Assembly (NCBI GenBank): GCA_038258425.1
Contig: JBBSPV010000020.1
Coordinates: 663-64,662, forward strand
Length of the DNA: 64,000 bases
Direction of reading: 5' to 3'
Origin: Solirubrobacterales bacterium
GTDB lineage: Bacteria > Actinomycetota > Thermoleophilia > Solirubrobacterales > Solirubrobacteraceae
Under the pieces are notes generated by a model, which was not told where the DNA came from, searched no databases, and worked only from the letters and a program-made list of their open reading frames with translations. Made by a program: the position numbers and the translations under genes. Below are positions 59,380 through 64,000 of the stretch, piece after piece (the first letter of the stretch is position 1; each line of letters begins with the position of its first letter).

Positions 59380-60630
59380 GTGCCCGCTCGATCGCGACGG
59401 ACCGCCCTCGCCGGGCGCATCGCCCGGCGCACGGCGCTCGGTGTCCTGGGCGCGCAGGCGGCGATCGTCGCCGGACTGACGGCCACCGACGCGTGGCGCA
59501 AGCGGGTGCGGCCGCAGTCGGCGAGCTTCCCGCGCACCGAGGCGGCCGACGTGCCGGTCGGCGACTCGGTGACCACGACCTACACGTACGGCACGGCGCT
59601 CTACGAGGACATGCTCGCGGCGATCCGCGGCGCGCGTTCGCGGGTGCTGTTCGAGTCCTTCATCGTCAAGGGCGACGTCGTCGGCCAGGAGTTCAAGCGG
59701 GCGCTGATCGAGGCGGCCGAGCGGGGCGTCGAGGTGTTCGTCGTCTACGACGGCTTCGCCAACCTCGTCGTACCGCGCGCGTTCTTCGACTTCCCGGCCG
59801 GCGTCCACGTCATCCGCTATCCGGTCTTCCGCGCCGGGATGCTCCTTCTCGACCTCCGCAAGTCGGGCCGCGATCACCGCAAGCTGCTTGTGGTGGACGG
59901 GGAGGTCGGCTTCGTCGGCGGCTACAACGTCGGCAGCGCCTACGCCGAGAAGTGGCGCGACACGCACCTGCGGATCAGCGGCCCCTCCGCATGGGAGCTC
60001 GAGAACGCCTTCGTCGACTTCTGGAACCTCCACCGGGCCGACAGCCAGCCCCGGCTGGCCAGCCACGGGGAGTCCGTGTGGGAGTCGCGCCTGCGCGTGT
60101 ACCGCAACGTGCCGGCCCAGCTCATCTATCCCATCCGGGGGATCTACCTCGAGGCGATCGACCGGGCCCACGAGCGGATCTCGATCACCCAGCCCTACTT
60201 CATCCCCGACCGCGAGGTCGTCCGCGCACTGCTGGACGCCGCCCGGCGCGGGGTCGACGTCCGGGTCCTCATGCCGGAGGCCTCCAACCACGTCGTCGCC
60301 GACTGGCTCTCGCGCGGCTTCTACACGACGCTGCTGCGCGGCGGGGTGACGCTGTGGCTCTACCAGGACGCGATGGTCCACGCGAAGACCGCGACCATCG
60401 ACGGACGCTGGAGCACCGTCGGGTCCGCGAACATCGACCGCCTCAGCCTGACGGGCAACTACGAGATCAACGTCGAGATCTTCGACGAGGCCTTCGCCGA
60501 GCACCTCGAGACGATCTTCGCGGCCGATGTCTCCAACGCCCGCCGGCTGAGCGCGGAGGAGTGGCGCGGCCGGCCGGTCGCGGCGAAGTTCTCCGAGCTC
60601 GTGCTCCGCCCGCTGCGTCGGCTGCTCTGA
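59380..60630 (+). CDS. cardiolipin synthase / phospholipase D family protein
   Basis: Two HKD motifs: HRKLLVVDGEVGFVGGYNVG and HAKTATIDGRWSTVGSANID. Confidence 0.85.
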   Translation: MPARSRRTALAGRIARRTALGVLGAQAAIVAGLTATDAWRKRVRPQSASFPRTEAADVPVGDSVTTTYTYGTALYEDMLAAIRGARSRVLFESFIVKGDVVGQEFKRALIEAAERGVEVFVVYDGFANLVVPRAFFDFPAGVHVIRYPVFRAGMLLLDLRKSGRDHRKLLVVDGEVGFVGGYNVGSAYAEKWRDTHLRISGPSAWELENAFVDFWNLHRADSQPRLASHGESVWESRLRVYRNVPAQLIYPIRGIYLEAIDRAHERISITQPYFIPDREVVRALLDAARRGVDVRVLMPEASNHVVADWLSRGFYTTLLRGGVTLWLYQDAMVHAKTATIDGRWSTVGSANIDRLSLTGNYEINVEIFDEAFAEHLETIFAADVSNARRLSAEEWRGRPVAAKFSELVLRPLRRLL

Positions 60631-60868
60631 CCGCTCGTCCCGGTCGGCGGAGCCGACCGCCACCGCGACGACCGCGTCACGGTGCGTGCACGATGATTGG
60701 CACGTAGCCACTCGTCGCTTGATAGGTTCGGCGGGTTCATCTGCTCCCGGTCACCGTTGTCGCCCCGTCGACGTGCGCGGCCCTTGTGGCGGCGGTCGCC
60801 GCCGTGCCCGACGTCGCGGGCGCTGCAGCGAGGCTGCAGGTCCCGGACTCCTCCTCGGGGAAGGCCGG

Positions 60869-63364
60869 GTGACCCCCCTGCTGTACCGGCTCGGCCGGGC
60901 CTGCGTCGCGCACCGCTGGGTCGTGGTCGGGATCTGGCTCGTCGTCTTCATCGTGCTCGCCGCGTGGGCACGTGCGGAGGGCCCCAACGTCAACGACAAC
61001 CTCACGCTGCCCGGCAGCGACAGCCAGCGTGCCACGGACGTGCTCGCCAAGCGCTTCGCGTCCAAGGCCAACGGCACCAACCCGGTGGTTCTCATCGCCC
61101 CCCAGGGCCAGAAGCTCACGGACTCCAGGTACGCGACACCCGTGGCCGACACCACCAAGGCCCTGAAGGGCGACTCGGCCGTGCGCGCGGCGGTGAGCCC
61201 GCTGACCCAGAAGGGCAAGGCCAACCTGTCCAAGGACAAGGGCACGGGCTTCATCTCGCTCGAGCTGCGCCTGAGCCCGTCGCAGCTCGACCTGGACACC
61301 GCCGACCGGCTGGTCGGCGAGGCCGATCCGGCGCGCAAGGCCGGGCTCTCGGTCGGCTACGGAGGCTACCTCGGCCAGAAGGTCTCCAAGCCCGAGACGC
61401 ACGTCAGCGAGGTCGTCGGCCTCGGCATGGCGGTCATCGTGCTGTTGCTGACCTTCGGCACCGTCGTGGCCATGGGCCTGCCGATCATCACCGCGCTGAT
61501 CGGCCTCGTCAGCGGCCTGTCGATCGTCACGCTGCTCAGCCAGGTGGCCGAGGTGCCGACCGTCGCCCCGACGCTCGCGACGATGATCGGGCTGGGCGTG
61601 GGCATCGACTACGCGCTGTTCGTGGTCACCCGCCACCAGGCGCAGCGGCGCGAGGGGATGGACACGCGAGAATCGATCGCCCGGGCCACCGCCACGTCGG
61701 GCGGGGCGATCGTGTTCGCGGGCACCACGGTGATCGTCGCGCTGCTCTCGCTGATCGTCGTCGACATCCCGCTCGTGACGACGCTCGGCTACACCTCCGC
61801 GCTCGTCGTCCTCGTCGCCGTGCTCACCGCCATCACACTGCTGCCGGCGCTGCTGGCCGTCGTGGGCGACCGGATCGACCGGTTGAGGCTCCCGCATCGC
61901 CACCCGTCGGCGGACGACCACCCGCACGGCTGGGCCCGCTGGGGCGAGGCGGTCGCCCGCCGGCCGCTGCCCGCGCTCCTGGGGGCGGTCGTCGTGCTCG
62001 CGCTGCTCGCGGTGCCGACGCTCGACCTCTACCTCGGCCAGCAGGACAACGGCGCCCTGCCCAAGAGCACCGACGCCCGCCGCGCCTACGACGGCATCAC
62101 CGCCGGGTTCGGGCCGGGCACCAACGGCCCACTGCTCATCAGCGTGGACCTCTCGGCCAAGCCGGCGAAGGCCGACCAGGACCAGCTGAGCAAGCTCGAC
62201 AGCTCGGAGAAGTCCGACAAGTCGAAGGCGAAGAAGTCGGCCGACGAGCAGGCGAACCAGATCGCCGCGCAGCTCGAGGCGCAGGGCGTGCCACCCCAGC
62301 AGGCCCAGTCGCAGGCGCAGTCCCAGGTCAAGCCCGGCCTCGACAAGCAGGACTCGAAGATCTCGAAGTCCTACGGCGACAAGCGCAGGCAGGCGCAGCA
62401 GAGCGCGACGGACCCGCGCCTGCAGACGCTGCGCGACGACCTGGGCAAGACCAGCGGCGTCAAGTCGGTAACCCAGCCCCTGGTCAACCCCAAGGGCACC
62501 GCCGCCGTGATGACCGTGACGCCGACGACCGCGCCCTCGGACCGCAGGACGGAGCAGCTCGTGCGCCGCCTGCGTGACACGACGATCCCCAAGGCCACCA
62601 AGGGCCAGGGGCTGACCGCCGACGTCGGGGGCACGACCGCCGGCTACGTCGACCTTGCTGACGAGATCTCCAGCCGCCTGGTCCTGACCATCCTCGTCGT
62701 CGTCGCGCTGAGCTTCCTGCTGCTCGTCATGGCCTTCCGCTCCATCGTCATCCCGCTCACCGCGGGCCTGATGAACCTCATCTCGATCGGGGCGGCCTTC
62801 GGCGTCGTGTCGGCCGTGTTCGAGAAGGGCTGGGGGATCGGCCTCGTCGGCCTGGACTCGGAGGTGCCGATCGTCTCCTTCGTGCCGCTGATGATGTTCG
62901 CCATCCTCTTCGGGCTCTCGATGGACTACGAGGTCTTCCTCATGACCCACATCCGCGAGGCGTGGCTGCGCACGGGCGACAACCGGGCCTCCGTCGTGCA
63001 CGGCATCGCGACCACGGGCCGGGTCATCACCTCGGCGGCCCTGATCATGGTCAGCGTCTTCTTCGCGTTCATCATCAACGGCGACCCGACGGTCAAGCAG
63101 TTCGGCGTCGGCATGGGTGTCGCCGTCGCCGTCGACGCGACCCTCGTGCGCTGCCTGCTCGTGCCGGCGGTCATGCTCATGCTCGGCCGGGCCAACTGGT
63201 GGTTCCCGCGCTGGCTGGACCGCGTCGTGCCGAACGTCTCCATCGAGGGCGAGGAGTGGTTCGCCGAGCACGACGCCGCCCTCAGGCGGGAGGCGGAGGC
63301 TCGGGAGGCGCCGCTGGACGGCCCCGGCCCGGGCGGACCCCGGGCAGGCGCGGCAGCGAGCTGA
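60869..63364 (+). CDS. MMPL-family (RND superfamily) membrane transporter
   Basis: Two 6-TM bundles (GVGIDYALFVVTRH, FGLSMDYEVFLMTHIRE) each follow a soluble loop. GTG 60869 (VTPLLYRLGR) is the preferred start. Confidence 0.85.
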   Translation: MTPLLYRLGRACVAHRWVVVGIWLVVFIVLAAWARAEGPNVNDNLTLPGSDSQRATDVLAKRFASKANGTNPVVLIAPQGQKLTDSRYATPVADTTKALKGDSAVRAAVSPLTQKGKANLSKDKGTGFISLELRLSPSQLDLDTADRLVGEADPARKAGLSVGYGGYLGQKVSKPETHVSEVVGLGMAVIVLLLTFGTVVAMGLPIITALIGLVSGLSIVTLLSQVAEVPTVAPTLATMIGLGVGIDYALFVVTRHQAQRREGMDTRESIARATATSGGAIVFAGTTVIVALLSLIVVDIPLVTTLGYTSALVVLVAVLTAITLLPALLAVVGDRIDRLRLPHRHPSADDHPHGWARWGEAVARRPLPALLGAVVVLALLAVPTLDLYLGQQDNGALPKSTDARRAYDGITAGFGPGTNGPLLISVDLSAKPAKADQDQLSKLDSSEKSDKSKAKKSADEQANQIAAQLEAQGVPPQQAQSQAQSQVKPGLDKQDSKISKSYGDKRRQAQQSATDPRLQTLRDDLGKTSGVKSVTQPLVNPKGTAAVMTVTPTTAPSDRRTEQLVRRLRDTTIPKATKGQGLTADVGGTTAGYVDLADEISSRLVLTILVVVALSFLLLVMAFRSIVIPLTAGLMNLISIGAAFGVVSAVFEKGWGIGLVGLDSEVPIVSFVPLMMFAILFGLSMDYEVFLMTHIREAWLRTGDNRASVVHGIATTGRVITSAALIMVSVFFAFIINGDPTVKQFGVGMGVAVAVDATLVRCLLVPAVMLMLGRANWWFPRWLDRVVPNVSIEGEEWFAEHDAALRREAEAREAPLDGPGPGGPRAGAAAS

Positions 63365-64000
63365 CGGCGACGGCGAGCACGGCGAGGGCGACGCCGAGCA
63401 CCGTCCCGACCCCGATCACCTCGCCCCGGGCCGGGGCGAGCAGGTCGATGGCGAGCGCGCCGGCGCTCTGGCCGGCGGTCAGCGCGAGCGCGAGCCGCAG
63501 GACGCCGAGCCGGCGGACGACGATCGCGCCCGTCGTCGCGACGAAGGCCCCGAGCAGGCCGCCGAGGTACAGCGGCGGCGGCGCCGCGTAGCCGTGCGGC
63601 GGCACGGGACCCGACACGACCAGGGCGACGACGACGAGCAGCGTCAGGCCGACGACGAAGTTGATCACGCCGGCCGCGAGCGGCTCACCCGTGGCCTGCA
63701 CGAGCCGCCCGTTGGCCGCCTGCTGCAGGGCGGAGCCCGCGCCGGCCGCGACGGCGAGCAGCAGCAGCAGCGGCCGCACCGAGACGCTGGCCCCGAGGGC
63801 GCTGACGGCGACCGCGGCCACCGCCAGGGCGATGCCGGCCAGGCGCGGCGCGGTCACGGGCCGCCTGCCGGCCGGACTGATGCCGGCCACGTCGGCACCC
63901 AGGCTCCCGGTCGCCTGGCCGAAGACGAGCGCGACGGTGAGCAGCGCGACGCCGAGCTCGGGGGCCGCGGTGGTGTTGACCGCGACGAGCAGCGCCCCGC
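63282..64000 (-). CDS. DMT-superfamily membrane protein, tandem DUF606/YdcZ-like (5' end beyond the window)
   Basis: ALQQAANGRLVQATGEPLAAGVINFVVG is the DUF606 pattern. The same frame stays open and hydrophobic to nt 64000 (VALVFGQATGSLGADV), so the gene starts outside the window. Its 3' end overlaps the MMPL 3' end. Confidence 0.6.
   Translation of the reverse strand, partial: GALLVAVNTTAAPELGVALLTVALVFGQATGSLGADVAGISPAGRRPVTAPRLAGIALAVAAVAVSALGASVSVRPLLLLLAVAAGAGSALQQAANGRLVQATGEPLAAGVINFVVGLTLLVVVALVVSGPVPPHGYAAPPPLYLGGLLGAFVATTGAIVVRRLGVLRLALALTAGQSAGALAIDLLAPARGEVIGVGTVLGVALAVLAVAVSSLPRLPGVRPGRGRPAAPPEPPPPA

Overview
Very GC-rich chromosomal segment, by eye above 70% (not computed). It has Actinomycetota-like gene content and many 4-nt start/stop overlaps (ATGA/GTGA/TTGA). 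No genus can be assigned from the sequence alone. I support about 65 protein genes, one tRNA, no rRNA and no CRISPR array.

Layout:
- 1-6.1 kb: housekeeping genes (aspS, hisS, an MBL hydrolase, a formiminotransferase, an MDR oxidoreductase).
- About 6.1-16 kb: tRNA-Met(CAT) at 6128-6201, followed directly by a truncated tyrosine-integrase N-terminus and accessory cargo. The cargo is an M19-like dipeptidase, a metallophosphoesterase, a DUF2235/Tle1-like lipase, a holin-like gene plus an 814-aa multidomain cell-wall hydrolase, and a three-gene operon.
- 16-64 kb: mixed transport, redox and lipid genes. These include NhaP, an arylsulfatase, an MFS transporter with regulators, an S8 protease, a haem peroxidase, an NhaA-DsbA fusion, sthA, a DsrE/radical-SAM/FAD-oxidoreductase/CDP-alcohol-transferase/ABC operon, an ECF sigma/anti-sigma pair, a class III PHA synthase locus, a cardiolipin synthase and an MMPL transporter.

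Main candidates:
1. The best candidate for a new system is the translationally coupled operon at 13376-15683. It encodes a SLATT/DUF4231 2-TM protein, a TIR domain fused to about 6 TM helices, and a stand-alone TRPM-type SLOG (LSDAT) domain. I read it as a Thoeris-like nucleotide-signalling defence module with an unusual split, membrane-centred architecture.
2. The second candidate is a peroxiredoxin-like gene (49374-49988). Its only interruption is an in-frame TGA exactly at the first Cys of the CxxC redox motif, followed by a hairpin. This is either a possible selenoprotein or a nonsense pseudogene.

Several other ORFs are visibly disrupted: an SDR frameshift, a fused FMN-reductase/TetR remnant, an in-frame TAA in a DUF2071 gene and a SHOCT frameshift. 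This weighs on how the TGA should be read.

All family calls come from reading motifs by eye. No searches were run.
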